From: Myxococcales bacterium
GTDB lineage: Bacteria > Myxococcota > Myxococcia > Myxococcales > Anaeromyxobacteraceae
Assembly: GCA_038320275.1 (NCBI GenBank)
Contig: JBBQEB010000042.1
Coordinates: 1-25,840 of the forward strand
Reading direction: 5' to 3'
Length of the DNA: 25,840 nucleotides
Positions 1-8,957 of the stretch are shown here, one piece after another; positions within the stretch are counted from its first letter, which is position 1, and the number at the start of each line of letters is the position of its first letter. The position numbers were made by a program, and so were the translations under genes. The notes below the pieces were generated by a model. The model did not search any database and had not been told where the DNA came from. It saw only the letters and a program-made list of their open reading frames with translations.

Positions 1-1
1 T

Positions 2-33
2 CTCGTCACGTCACCATGCCTGGGTCGAGGCAC
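2..33. repeat. Copy 1 of a dispersed repeat (30/32 nt identical to 5110-5141); probably truncated by the window edge
   Basis: CTCGTCACGTCACCATGCCTGGGTCGAGGCAC vs CTCGTCACGTCAACAGGCCTGGGTCGAGGCAC, aligned by eye. Confidence 0.8.
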
Positions 34-50
34 GAGCCTCCGGCGCGCAT

Positions 51-74
51 GGGGGCCGCGCAGCGCAAGCCCCC
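51..74 (-). terminator. GC-rich hairpin just downstream of the LytS kinase stop; possible terminator
   Basis: GGGGGC-CGC-GCA-GCG-CAA-GCCCCC; no U-tract. Confidence 0.3.
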
Positions 75-83
75 CAAGTTCGC

Positions 84-1751
84 TCAGGACCCGGCAGTGG
101 GCAGCCTCACGGTCACGCGCGTGCGCTCGGACGGCACGCAGTCGACGGTGAGGCCGTACGAAGGGCCGTGAAGGTTCTTGATGCGCCGGTCGACGATCTT
201 CATGCCGTGCCCGTTGGAGGTGAAGTCGGGCTCCACCCAGGTGCCGGCGTCGTCCTCGATGTCGATGAAAGCGCTGCCGTCCTTGCGGTAGGCGTGCACG
301 CGCGCCACACCGGGATTCGGAGTGGTCGAGAGCCCGTGCTTGATCGCGTTCTCCACCAGTGGCTGGAGCGTGAAGGTGGGCATGCGGAGCCCCAGCAGCT
401 CCGGGTCCACCTCCGTCTCCACGGTGAGGCGGTCCGGGAAGCGCGCCTTCTCGATCTCGAGGTAGGAGTGGACGTGGGCGAGCTCCTCCTCCAGCGTGGA
501 GAGGTCGCTCGAGCGCTTCAGGTTCTTGCGGAAGAAGCTCGCCAGGTGCAGGAGGAGCTCGCGTGCGCGCCCCGGGTCGATGCGGGTGATGGCGACGATG
601 GTGTTGAGCGAGTTGAAGAGGAAGTGCGGGTCGACCTGCGCCTGCAGGAGCTTCAGCTCGGAGACGAGGAGCAGGCTCTTCTGCTCCTGGTAGCGGGCGT
701 GCACCATCTGGCTCGAGAGCAGCGCCCCGATGCCCTCTCCGAGCCGCCGGTTGAGCACCCCCAGGCGCAGCCGCTTTCGCTCGAAGAGCTGCACCGTGCC
801 CACCACCGCGCCATCCACCACCAGCGGCACCACGACGGCCGCGTGAAGCGGGCAGCCGGGGTGGGCGCACTGGTAGCGCTCCCGCACGCCGTCGAGGAGC
901 ACGACGCCATGCGTCGCCAGGGCGCGGCGGGTCCAGGGCGAGCCGATGTCCTGCCCGGAGCGGTGGTGGTCGCTGCCGATCCCGCTGAAGGCGAGGAGCC
1001 GCTCCGAGTCGGTGATGGCGACCGCGCCCACCCGCGTCTCCTCCAGGATCACCGTCGCGAGCTCGGTGGCCACCGCCGGGCCGTAGCCGCGGGCGAGGAG
1101 CTCCGTCGCGCGCTCCGCGATGCGCAGCGCCACGGCCGAGGATGCGGCGGCGATGCGCGCCAGGGTGGCCTGCTGGTCGCGCATGACCACCATGAACAGC
1201 GCCGCGGCGCAGGTGTTGGAGACGATCATCGGGAAGGCGATGACGCGCACGTTCGCCACCGCCTCCGCGAAGGGTCGCGCCAGCGCGAGCTGCAGGAGCT
1301 GGTGCACGACGCTCGACCCGAGGGCGGTGAGGGCGGCCGTGCGCGCGCTGAAGAGCCTGTCCGGGCGGCGGCGCAGCGCGACGTGCACCAGGCCTGCGAT
1401 GAGCCCCTCCACGGTGGTGGCGATGCCACCGGACACCCCGGTGATCCCGCCCACCCAGGCGCGGTGGACGCCGGCGGTGCCGCCCACGAGGCAGCCCAGG
1501 ACCGGCCCCCCGATGAGCCCTGCCAGGACGGCCCCCACACCGCGGGTGTTGGCGATGGAACCGGCCGGAACGATGCGGCCCAGGTAGGTGCCCAGGATGG
1601 TGACGGCGGTGAAGAAGAGGTAAGCGACCACCGCCACCCGCGGCCGGAGCGGCTCGCCGTCGAGGTCCGGGAAGCCGGGGGAGCGGCAGTAGACGTACGA
1701 AAGCACGAGGAAGACCGCCATGGCCTCCGCGAGCGTGATGAGGATTTCCAA
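84..1751 (-). CDS. btsS: LytS/YhcK-family sensor histidine kinase (5TM-5TMR_LYT + GAF + His_kinase + HATPase_c), BtsS/YehU-like
   Basis: Hydrophobic N-terminus with IANTR..G..LAGLIGGP; ELKLLQAQVDPHFLFNSLNTI H-box; YLEIEKARF; FTLQPLVENAIKHG. Start moved from 1925 to TTG at 1751 (GGGAG 6 nt upstream), which removes the overlap with the divergent gene. Confidence 0.9.
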   Translation of the reverse strand: MEILITLAEAMAVFLVLSYVYCRSPGFPDLDGEPLRPRVAVVAYLFFTAVTILGTYLGRIVPAGSIANTRGVGAVLAGLIGGPVLGCLVGGTAGVHRAWVGGITGVSGGIATTVEGLIAGLVHVALRRRPDRLFSARTAALTALGSSVVHQLLQLALARPFAEAVANVRVIAFPMIVSNTCAAALFMVVMRDQQATLARIAAASSAVALRIAERATELLARGYGPAVATELATVILEETRVGAVAITDSERLLAFSGIGSDHHRSGQDIGSPWTRRALATHGVVLLDGVRERYQCAHPGCPLHAAVVVPLVVDGAVVGTVQLFERKRLRLGVLNRRLGEGIGALLSSQMVHARYQEQKSLLLVSELKLLQAQVDPHFLFNSLNTIVAITRIDPGRARELLLHLASFFRKNLKRSSDLSTLEEELAHVHSYLEIEKARFPDRLTVETEVDPELLGLRMPTFTLQPLVENAIKHGLSTTPNPGVARVHAYRKDGSAFIDIEDDAGTWVEPDFTSNGHGMKIVDRRIKNLHGPSYGLTVDCVPSERTRVTVRLPTAGS

Positions 1752-1851
1752 GTCGCGCTCCCGAGCCGGCGGGCGGGCGGGCGCATCTTCCTGCCGCCGG
1801 CCCAGGTTTGGTAGCCTCCGGCCTATCGCGCCGCAGGGGAACAGGTCGTAG

Positions 1852-3312
1852 ATGAGGATCCGGGCCCAGAGCTGGGTGCACCGGCTCTTGCTGCGCCTCG
1901 CCGAGCGGGCGCGCGCGGCCGACAAGGAGCGGCTGATCCTCGAGGAGGCGCTCAGCCACGCCTACGAGGGCATCATCATCGTCGACGCCCAGGGCTACAT
2001 CCTCAAGTCGAACCGCGCCTACGCGACCTTCCTCGGCTGGCGGCTCGAGGACATGATCGGCAAGCACTGCACCGAGGTGGTCGAGAACACCCGCATGCAC
2101 CTCGTGGCCAAGACCGGCGTTCCGGAGATCGCCCAGGTCCAGAAGATCCGCGGCCACGACATGATCTGCAGCCGCATCCCCATCTACGAGGGGGGCAAGG
2201 TGGTCGGGGTGGTGGGCAAGATCATGTTCCAGGACGTGGGCGACCTCTTCGCCATGACCGGCCGGTTCACTGCGATGAAGAAGGAGCTGGAGTTCTACCG
2301 GTCCGAGCTCTCCAAGCGGCTCGGCGCGCGCTACTCCTTCGAGAACATCGTCGGCACGAGCGAGGCGCTGGAGCGGGTGAAGGCGCTCGGCCGGCGCGTC
2401 GCCAAGACCGACACCACGGTCCTCCTGCAGGGCGAGAGCGGCACCGGCAAGGAGCTCTTCGCCCATTCGATCCACGTGGAGAGCGCGCGGGCGCTCGGGC
2501 CGTTCGTCAAGGTGAACTGCGCGGCCATCCCGGACACGCTCTTCGAGTCGGAGCTCTTCGGCTACAAGGCAGGGGCCTTCACCGGCGCCCAGAAGGGCGG
2601 GAAGAAGGGCAAGTTCGCGCTGGCCGAGCGGGGGACGATCTTCCTCGACGAGGTGAGCGAGCTCCCGCTGGGGATGCAGGTGAAGCTCCTGCGCGTGCTG
2701 CAGGAGAGGGAGATCGAGCCAGTGGGCGCGGTGGAGCCGGAGCGCATCGACGTCCGGATCGTCGCGGCCACCAACAAGGATCTGGAGGGGCTCGTCAAGG
2801 CGGGCCTCTTCCGCCAGGACCTCTACTACCGGCTCCACGTGGTGACGCTGGAGGTGCCGCCTCTGCGCAGCCGTCCCGAGGACATCGCGCCCATCGCCGA
2901 GCAGCTCCTGAAGGGGCTGGAAAAGGAGACCGGCATCCCGGTGGACGGGCTCGATCCGGCGGCCGAGGCTGCGCTGCGCGACCACCTCTGGCCGGGCAAC
3001 GTGCGGGAGCTGAAGAACGTCCTCGAGGGGGCGCTCTTCGTCAAATGCGGTCGCACCATCGAGCGGCACGATCTGCCACCGGCGCTGGCCGCGAGGCCTG
3101 CCGTCCCGGGGAGCGACCCGGTTCTCACCTTGCGCGACGTGCTGCGCAGGGCCGAGGAGGAGTGGCTGCGCAAGGCGCTGCTGGACGCCAAGGGCGACAA
3201 GCGGCTCGCCGCGTCGCGCCTCGGCATCAGCAAGAGCTCGATGTACGCGAAGATCGAGGAGTACCACATCGAAGCGGCGGGTCCTGCGGACAGGACCCGC
3301 CGCCTCTCCTGA
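1852..3312 (+). CDS. Sigma54-dependent transcriptional activator (PAS - AAA+ - Fis-type HTH), no receiver domain
   Basis: PAS ([14 protein letters not shown]); Walker [45 protein letters not shown]-terminal [18 protein letters not shown]. Confidence 0.95.
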   Translation: MRIRAQSWVHRLLLRLAERARAADKERLILEEALSHAYEGIIIVDAQGYILKSNRAYATFLGWRLEDMIGKHCTEVVENTRMHLVAKTGVPEIAQVQKIRGHDMICSRIPIYEGGKVVGVVGKIMFQDVGDLFAMTGRFTAMKKELEFYRSELSKRLGARYSFENIVGTSEALERVKALGRRVAKTDTTVLLQGESGTGKELFAHSIHVESARALGPFVKVNCAAIPDTLFESELFGYKAGAFTGAQKGGKKGKFALAERGTIFLDEVSELPLGMQVKLLRVLQEREIEPVGAVEPERIDVRIVAATNKDLEGLVKAGLFRQDLYYRLHVVTLEVPPLRSRPEDIAPIAEQLLKGLEKETGIPVDGLDPAAEAALRDHLWPGNVRELKNVLEGALFVKCGRTIERHDLPPALAARPAVPGSDPVLTLRDVLRRAEEEWLRKALLDAKGDKRLAASRLGISKSSMYAKIEEYHIEAAGPADRTRRLS

Positions 3313-3313
3313 A

Positions 3314-3352
3314 CGTGCGGGCCGGGAAGGCGGGGACCTCCCAGCCCGCGCG
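3314..3352. terminator. Hairpin between convergent activator and MFS genes; probable bidirectional terminator
   Basis: CGTGCGGGC...GCCCGCGCG arms with inner GGGA-AGG/CCT-CCC pairing. Confidence 0.45.
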
Positions 3353-3355
3353 GCC

Positions 3356-4690
3356 CTACGCGTCGATGGTTTGTTTGTTCGTCTCGGCCGCGAAGTACAC
3401 CGACACGACGGTGATCGCGACCAGCACCAACATGTAGTAGGCGACGTAGTGCGGGTCGCCTCCGCCGCGGCGGAGGAGCTCGGTGGCGATGAGCGGGGAG
3501 AGACCTCCCGCGAACACCGAGGCCAGCTGGTAGCCCAGCGACGCGCCGCTGTAGCGGACCCGGGCGGAGAAGAGCTCCGAAAAGAAGCTCGCCTGCGGGC
3601 CGTACATGGCGGCGTGTCCCAGGGCGAGCGGCAACACGATGGCGAGCCAGATGTAACCCTGCTCCTTCGTGCCCAGCAGCCAGAAGAAGGGGAAGGCCAG
3701 CAGGCCGCAGGCGATCGCGCCGTACATGTACACCGGCCGCCGGCCGAGCCGGTCGGAGAGCGCGCCCCAGGCCGGTGCGGCGAACACGCCGCAGAAGGCC
3801 GCCACGAGGAGCCCGTTGAGCGCGACCACCCGGTCGACCTTGAGCTGGGTCGAGACGTAGGTCAGCGCGAAGGTGGTGAAGACGTAGAAGAGGCCGTTCT
3901 CCGCGAAGCGGGCGCCCATGGCGAGGAGGATGTTCTTGGGGTGCTTCGTGAGCACCTCCACGATCGGCATCTTCGACTCGGACTTCTGCTCCTTGACCTT
4001 CTGGAACACCGGCGACTCGGCCACCTTCATCCGGATGTAGAGGCCCACCGCGACGAGCAGGAAGGAGAGAAGGAACGGCACGCGCCAGCCCCAGGCGAGG
4101 AAGGTGGCCTCGGGCATCTTGGAGAAGTAGCGGAAGACCAGCGTCGAGAGGAGCAGGCCGATGTACGCGCCGATCTGCGGCCAGGAGCCGTAGAAGCCCC
4201 GCCGGTGGGCAGGGGCGTGCTCGACCGCCATGAGCACCGCGCCGCCCCACTCGCCGCCGAGGCCGAAGCCCTGGGCGAGGCGCATCGTGACGAGCAGGAT
4301 GGGCGCCCAGACGCCGATCGAGCTGTACGTCGGCAACAGCCCGATGAAGGCCGTGGCGAGCCCCATGATGAGGAGCGTGATGTACAGCATGTTCTTGCGG
4401 CCCAGGCGATCGCCGTAGTGGCCGAAGACGATCCCGCCGATGGGCCGGGCGATGAAGCCCACCGCGAAGGTCGCGAAGGCGGCGATGGTGCCCACCAGCG
4501 GATCGAAGTTGGGAAAGAACAGCTTGTTGAAGACGAGGGCGGCGGCCGTGCCGTAGAGGAAGAAGTCGTACCACTCGACGGACGTGCCGATGAGGCTCGC
4601 CAGGGCGACCTTCACCACGTCGGTGGGCGGATGATCCGGGACGGCGGGGCGAGCGGTCGTGGTGGGATCGCGACCGACGGGGGTAGGCAT
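3356..4690 (-). CDS. MFS transporter, metabolite:H+ symporter (MHS, ShiA-like) family
   Basis: IGTSVEWYDFFLYG, ARPIGGIVFGHYGDRLGRK, GLGGEWGGA motifs; ATG at 4690 with GGAGG RBS (the ORF-track extension to 4990 runs through the promoter region). Confidence 0.95.
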   Translation of the reverse strand: MPTPVGRDPTTTARPAVPDHPPTDVVKVALASLIGTSVEWYDFFLYGTAAALVFNKLFFPNFDPLVGTIAAFATFAVGFIARPIGGIVFGHYGDRLGRKNMLYITLLIMGLATAFIGLLPTYSSIGVWAPILLVTMRLAQGFGLGGEWGGAVLMAVEHAPAHRRGFYGSWPQIGAYIGLLLSTLVFRYFSKMPEATFLAWGWRVPFLLSFLLVAVGLYIRMKVAESPVFQKVKEQKSESKMPIVEVLTKHPKNILLAMGARFAENGLFYVFTTFALTYVSTQLKVDRVVALNGLLVAAFCGVFAAPAWGALSDRLGRRPVYMYGAIACGLLAFPFFWLLGTKEQGYIWLAIVLPLALGHAAMYGPQASFFSELFSARVRYSGASLGYQLASVFAGGLSPLIATELLRRGGGDPHYVAYYMLVLVAITVVSVYFAAETNKQTIDA

Positions 4691-4738
4691 CGAGGCCTCC
4701 TCGAAACAGGTAGAGCGGGTGAGCTGCCTGCCCCCAAG

Positions 4739-4754
4739 AGCAACAGGCGCGCCA
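4739..4754 (-). promoter_or_regulatory. Sigma54 -24/-12 promoter for the MFS transporter
   Basis: Minus strand reads TGGCGCGCCTGTTGCT = TGGC-N7-TTGCT with exact GG-N10-GC spacing, about 50 nt upstream of the ATG. Confidence 0.8.
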
Positions 4755-4849
4755 CGGAGGCAGATCGCCCCGCGCCTCCCGGCCGACGTGAGATCCAGCC
4801 GAAACGCTGGAGGGTAGCCTCGGCAGGCCCCACTCTCGTCGCCACGTTG

Positions 4850-4863
4850 TCCAGGATCCTGGA
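4850..4863. promoter_or_regulatory. Palindromic putative enhancer (UAS) site 1
   Basis: TCCAGGATCCTGGA perfect palindrome. Confidence 0.7.
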
Positions 4864-4917
4864 ACGGTCGCGCCCGATGTTCCTTCTCGCCGAGTGAAAC
4901 CGCGCACCGGGGGCTTC

Positions 4918-4933
4918 TTCCAGGGTTCTGGAA
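4918..4933. promoter_or_regulatory. Palindromic putative enhancer (UAS) site 2
   Basis: TTCCAG-GGTT-CTGGAA. Confidence 0.65.
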
Positions 4934-5034
4934 CGCACCGCAAAGAGGGTGCTCCCCCGCCGCCGATGTGCGACCCCTCGCCCATTTCACTCCAGGGCGG
5001 CGCGGAGAGGGGCGTCTGCGGAGCGGCGCCGCGT

Positions 5035-5048
5035 TCCAGGATCCTGGA
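5035..5048. promoter_or_regulatory. Palindromic putative enhancer (UAS) site 3
   Basis: TCCAGGATCCTGGA; the 18-mer 5032-5049 is the exact reverse complement of 4849-4866. Confidence 0.7.
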
Positions 5049-5096
5049 CGGCGGCGCCCCAGCGCCAGCTTCTGCGCCCCGCTCCACGGCGAGCCT

Positions 5097-5141
5097 GTGC
5101 CGCGACCCGCTCGTCACGTCAACAGGCCTGGGTCGAGGCAC
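5097..5141. repeat. Copy 2 of dispersed repeat: 12-bp inverted arms around a 21-nt spacer
   Basis: GTGCCGCGACCC (5097-5108) pairs 11/12 with GGGTCGAGGCAC (5130-5141); 5110-5141 matches window positions 2-33. Confidence 0.75.
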
Positions 5142-5184
5142 CGGCGGGTCCGATGGACGTGCGGGGGCGAGGCTCCGATGAGGG

Positions 5185-5200
5185 TGGCGTGGGGCTTGCG
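5185..5200 (+). promoter_or_regulatory. Sigma54 -24/-12 promoter for the CoA-transferase operon
   Basis: TGGCGTGGGGCTTGCG = TGGC-N7-TTGC, GG-N10-GC, 45 nt upstream of ATG 5245. Confidence 0.8.
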
Positions 5201-5244
5201 AAGGCCTGCGCCCGTCCCAGCTCCACGCCGCCCGGAGGTCTCGC

Positions 5245-6810
5245 ATGAGGAAGAGCAAGGTCGTGTCCGCCGAGGAGGCCATCGCGCTGGTGGGCGACGA
5301 CCAGGTGCTCGCGACCGACGGCTTCGTCGGGACCGGCTTCGCCGAGGAGCTGGCCCTGGCGCTGGAGAAGCGCTTCCTGGAAACGGGCGGGCCGAAGGGG
5401 CTCACCCTCATCTATTGCGCGGGGCAGGGGGACGGCAAGGAGCGCGGGCTCAACCACCTCGCCCACGCCGGCCTCGTCCGGCGGGTGGTGGGCGGCCACT
5501 GGGGTCTCGCTCCCAAGCTCCAGACCCTCGCCGTCGAGAACCGGATCGAGGCCTACAACCTCCCGCAGGGCGTCCTCGCGCACATGTTCCGCGACGCCGC
5601 CGCGGCCAAGCCCCGCACCGTCACGCGGGTCGGGCTGGGGACCTTCGTCGACCCGCGGCTCGGCGGCGGCAAGATCAACGCGCTCACCACCGAGGAGCTC
5701 GTCGAGCTCGTCCACTTCGACGGCCAGGAGTACCTCGCCTACCGCCCCATCGCTCCCGACGTCGCCTTCCTGCGCGGCACCACCGCCGACCCCGACGGCA
5801 ACGTCACCATGGAACGCGAGGCGCTGGTGCTGGAGGGGCTCGCCATCGCCCAGGCGACGAGGAACAAGGGCGGCAAGGTGATCGTGCAGGTGGAGCGCAT
5901 CGCCGAGCGCGGCTCGCTCCGCGCGCGCGAGGTGCGCCTCCCGGGCATGCTCGTCGACCGGGTGGTGGTGGCCCGGCCCGAGAACCACGGCCAGACCTTC
6001 GGGACCGCCTACGACCCCTCGTACTCGAGCGAGCTGCGCGTCCCCGTGAAGAGCCTGAAGCCCATGGTCATGGACGAGCGCAAGGTCATCGCGCGCCGCG
6101 CTGCCTTCGAGCTCACCCCGGGGAGCGTGGTGAACCTCGGCATCGGGATGCCGGAGGGGGTGGCGAGCGTCGCGAACGAGGAGGGCATCCTCGAGGACCT
6201 CAGCCTCACCACCGAGCCCGGCACCATCGGCGGCGTGCCCGCCGGAGGGCTCGACTTCGGCGCCGCCTCCAACATGGACGCCCTCGTGGATCAGCCAGCG
6301 CAGTTCGACTTCTACGATGGCGGCGGCGTCGACCAGGCGTTCCTCGGCCTCGCCCAGGCCGACCGCCATGGCAACCTCAACGTGAGCAAGTTCGGGCCGA
6401 AGCTCGCCGGGGCGGGGGGCTTCATCAACATCAGTCAGAACGCGAAGAAGGTGGTCTTCGTGGGCACCTTCACGGCGGGTGCGCTCCGGGTGGCGGTGGA
6501 GGATGGCCAGCTCCGCATCCTGCAGGAGGGCTCCATCGCGAAGTTCGTGGAGGCGGTGGAGCACGTCACCTTCAGCGCCCGCACCGCCATCGCGCAGAAG
6601 CAGCCCGTGCTGTACGTCACCGAGCGCTGCGTCTTCCGGCTGGTGCCGGACGGGCTCGAGCTCGTCGAGATCGCGCCCGGGGTGGACCTCGAGCGCGACA
6701 TCCTGGGCCGGATGAGCTTCCGGCCCGTCCTGCGCGCGCCTCCGAGGCTGATGGACGCGCGCATCTTCCGCGAGGCCCCCATGGGCCTCGGGGCCAGCGG
6801 TTCCTACTGA
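5245..6810 (+). CDS. Acyl-CoA:acetate/3-ketoacid CoA-transferase, fused family I (YdiF/Pct-like)
   Basis: [45 protein letters not shown], catalytic Glu in [30 protein letters not shown]. Confidence 0.95.
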   Translation: MRKSKVVSAEEAIALVGDDQVLATDGFVGTGFAEELALALEKRFLETGGPKGLTLIYCAGQGDGKERGLNHLAHAGLVRRVVGGHWGLAPKLQTLAVENRIEAYNLPQGVLAHMFRDAAAAKPRTVTRVGLGTFVDPRLGGGKINALTTEELVELVHFDGQEYLAYRPIAPDVAFLRGTTADPDGNVTMEREALVLEGLAIAQATRNKGGKVIVQVERIAERGSLRAREVRLPGMLVDRVVVARPENHGQTFGTAYDPSYSSELRVPVKSLKPMVMDERKVIARRAAFELTPGSVVNLGIGMPEGVASVANEEGILEDLSLTTEPGTIGGVPAGGLDFGAASNMDALVDQPAQFDFYDGGGVDQAFLGLAQADRHGNLNVSKFGPKLAGAGGFINISQNAKKVVFVGTFTAGALRVAVEDGQLRILQEGSIAKFVEAVEHVTFSARTAIAQKQPVLYVTERCVFRLVPDGLELVEIAPGVDLERDILGRMSFRPVLRAPPRLMDARIFREAPMGLGASGSY

Positions 6811-6830
6811 TGGACAAGGGGAGAACGAGC

Positions 6831-7601
6831 ATGGCGAACGCGAACGGCGGCAAGGTGGTCCTCGTGACGGGCGGCGCGGCCGGCATCGGCAAGGCGACGG
6901 CGGCGCGCTTCGTGGAAGGCGGCGCGCGGGTGGCGGTCTGCGACGTGAACCGCGAGGTGGGCGAGGCGACCGCGAAGGCGCTGGGCGGCGAGACGCGCTT
7001 CGATGTGGTCAACGTGGCCGACCGGGCCGCGGTGGGCGCATGGGTAGACGGCGTGGCGGCGGCCTGGGGCCGGGTGGACGTGCTCGTCAACAACGCCGGC
7101 ATCACCCGGGACGCGCAGCTCTTGAAGATGGCCGACGGGCAGGTGTCGCGGCAGATGAGCGAGGCCGACTTCGACCTCGTGGTGAGCATCAACCTCAAGG
7201 GCGTCTTCAACTGCACGCAGGCGGTCGTGCCGCACCTCGTCCGCGCGGGCGGCGGCGTCATCCTCAACGCCTCGTCGGTGGTGGGGCTCTACGGCAACTT
7301 CGGGCAGACGAACTACGTCGCCACCAAGGCGGGCGTGATCGGCATGACCCGCGTGTGGGCGCGGGAGCTCGGCAAGAGCAAGATCCGCGTGAACGCGGTG
7401 TGCCCGGGCTTCATCGGCACCGAGATGGTCATGAAGATGCCGGAGAAGGTGCGCGAGGGGATGATCTCCCACACGCCCATCGGCCGGATGGGCGAGCCAC
7501 GCGACATCGCCAACGCCTACTTCTTCCTCGCCTCCGACGAGGCGAGCTTCATCAGCGGCGCGGTGCTGAGCGTCGATGGCGGCATCGTCCTGGGGACGTA
7601 G
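6831..7601 (+). CDS. SDR oxidoreductase, FabG/PhaB-like 3-oxoacyl-(CoA/ACP) reductase
   Basis: TGGAAGIG, NNAGITRD, ASSVVG.YGNFGQTNYVATK (YxxxK), VCPGFI.T; GGAG upstream of ATG 6831 (alternative ATG at 6810). The 877-aa ORF-track call is a spurious upstream extension. Confidence 0.92.
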   Translation: MANANGGKVVLVTGGAAGIGKATAARFVEGGARVAVCDVNREVGEATAKALGGETRFDVVNVADRAAVGAWVDGVAAAWGRVDVLVNNAGITRDAQLLKMADGQVSRQMSEADFDLVVSINLKGVFNCTQAVVPHLVRAGGGVILNASSVVGLYGNFGQTNYVATKAGVIGMTRVWARELGKSKIRVNAVCPGFIGTEMVMKMPEKVREGMISHTPIGRMGEPRDIANAYFFLASDEASFISGAVLSVDGGIVLGT

Positions 7602-7602
7602 C

Positions 7603-7636
7603 AAGGAGGGCTCCGCGTCGCTCCGCGGGGCCCCTT
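7603..7636. other. Intra-operon stem-loop between SDR and thiolase genes
   Basis: GGGCTCCGCG (7608-7617) pairs with CGCGGGGCCC (7624-7633), one G-U pair. Confidence 0.45.
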
Positions 7637-7679
7637 CTAGCCTCGTCCCAGACCCCCTACCGAATATCAGGAGTGCGTC

Positions 7680-8867
7680 ATGAATGCTTTGCGCGAGGTC
7701 GTCATCACCGGTGCGGCGCGGACGCCGATCGGATCGTTCCTGGGGGCGCTCTCGGCGCTCCCCGCGGCCAGGCTGGGCGCCATCGCCATCCGCGAGGCGG
7801 TGCTGCGCGCGGGCATCTCGCCCTCGTCGGTGGACGAGGTCGTGATGGGGAACGTGCTGCAGGCCGGGCAGGGACAGGCCCCCGCGCGCCAGGCGGCGCT
7901 CTATGCCGGGCTGCCGGACACCACCCCCTGCTGGACGCTCAACAAGATGTGCGGCTCGGGGCTGCAGGCGGTGATCGCGGCCGCTCGCGCCATCGCCATG
8001 GGAGACGCCGAGGTGGTGGTAGCGGGCGGCATGGAGTCGATGTCGAACGCGCCCTACCTGGCCACCACGATGCGCACCGGCAACCGCATGGGAAACGTGG
8101 CGCTGGTGGACGGCCTGCTCCACGACGGGCTCCTCGACGCCTACGAAGGCGTGCACATGGGCGTCTGCGCGGAGGAGACTGCCGCGCGCTTCGAGATCAC
8201 CCGGCAGGCGCAGGACGCCTACGCGCTCCTCTCCACCCAGCGCGCCGTCGATGCGCAGGCGAAGGGGCTCTTCAAGTCGGAGATCGTGCCGGTGGAGCTC
8301 GAGGGGAAGCGCGGCGAGCGCACCTCTGTCGCCGACGACGAAGGTCCCCGGCTCGCGCGGCCGGAGAAGATCCCGTCGCTGAAGCCGGTGTTCAAGAAGG
8401 ACGGCACCATCACCGCTGCGAACGCCTCCTCCATCAACGACGGTGCGGCGGCCCTCGTGCTCATGAGCGCGGCTCGCGCGGCGAAGGAGAACCGGTCGGT
8501 GCTTGCGCGCCTCACGGGCTGGGGCGCTGCGGCTCGGGCGCCGCGCGAGTTCACCATCGCGCCGGCCGATGCGGTGAAGCGCACGCTGGAGCGGTCCGGC
8601 CTGACCGTGGAAGACGTCGACCTGTGGGAGCTCAACGAGGCCTTCGCGGTGGTGGCCCTCGCCAACAACCGCCTCCTCGGCCTCGACCCGGCGAAGGTGA
8701 ACGTGCGCGGCGGCGCGGTGGTGCTGGGCCACCCCATCGGCGCAAGCGGAGCGCGGGTGCTCGTCACGCTGCTTCACGCCATGAAGGACCTGGGCAAGCG
8801 CCGGGGCGTCGCGAGCCTCTGCATCGGGGGCGGCGAGGCAGTGGCCGCCATCGTCGAGATGGGCTAG
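7680..8867 (+). CDS. atoB: Acetyl-CoA C-acetyltransferase (thiolase)
   Basis: RTPIG, GQAPARQA, NKMCGSG (catalytic Cys), GGMESMS, NEAF, GHPIGASG, LCIGGG; AGGAG RBS. Confidence 0.95.
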   Translation: MNALREVVITGAARTPIGSFLGALSALPAARLGAIAIREAVLRAGISPSSVDEVVMGNVLQAGQGQAPARQAALYAGLPDTTPCWTLNKMCGSGLQAVIAAARAIAMGDAEVVVAGGMESMSNAPYLATTMRTGNRMGNVALVDGLLHDGLLDAYEGVHMGVCAEETAARFEITRQAQDAYALLSTQRAVDAQAKGLFKSEIVPVELEGKRGERTSVADDEGPRLARPEKIPSLKPVFKKDGTITAANASSINDGAAALVLMSAARAAKENRSVLARLTGWGAAARAPREFTIAPADAVKRTLERSGLTVEDVDLWELNEAFAVVALANNRLLGLDPAKVNVRGGAVVLGHPIGASGARVLVTLLHAMKDLGKRRGVASLCIGGGEAVAAIVEMG

Positions 8868-8912
8868 CGGAGGGGCGGGCGGGGCCGCCGAAATGCGCCG
8901 ACGCCGGGGTGC

Positions 8913-8953
8913 CCTCCCGAGCTGTGCTCGCGAGGGGGAGGGCACCGCCCTCT
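8913..8953. repeat. REP-like double-hairpin element, copy 1 of 3
   Basis: CCTCCCGAGC-TGT-GCTCGCGAGG then GAGGGC-ACC-GCCCTC; similar to 13784-13823 and 15632-15670. Confidence 0.65.
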
Positions 8954-8957
8954 CTGG

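Noticed and set aside
4850..5048. Three palindromic repeats as a mini-CRISPR
   Set aside because: Repeats are only 14-18 bp, gaps are unequal (about 55 and 102 nt), the outer copies are inverted, and no cas genes are present; enhancer sites explain them better
2826..5411. 861-aa minus-strand ORF and other long overlapping ORFs (168-1814, 6804-8945, 7040-9070, 9923-12208)
   Set aside because: Arg/Pro/Gly-rich shadow frames typical of very high-GC DNA; they overlap well-supported genes and have no recognisable motifs
4968..7601. Apparent 877-aa fusion ending in an SDR
   Set aside because: Only the last ~256 aa are a real SDR with its own RBS; the rest is an off-frame shadow of the CoA-transferase
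6831..8867. phaB-phaA as a PHB synthesis operon
   Set aside because: No PHA synthase or phasin in the window; an NAD-type SDR, a CoA-transferase and an importer point to catabolism
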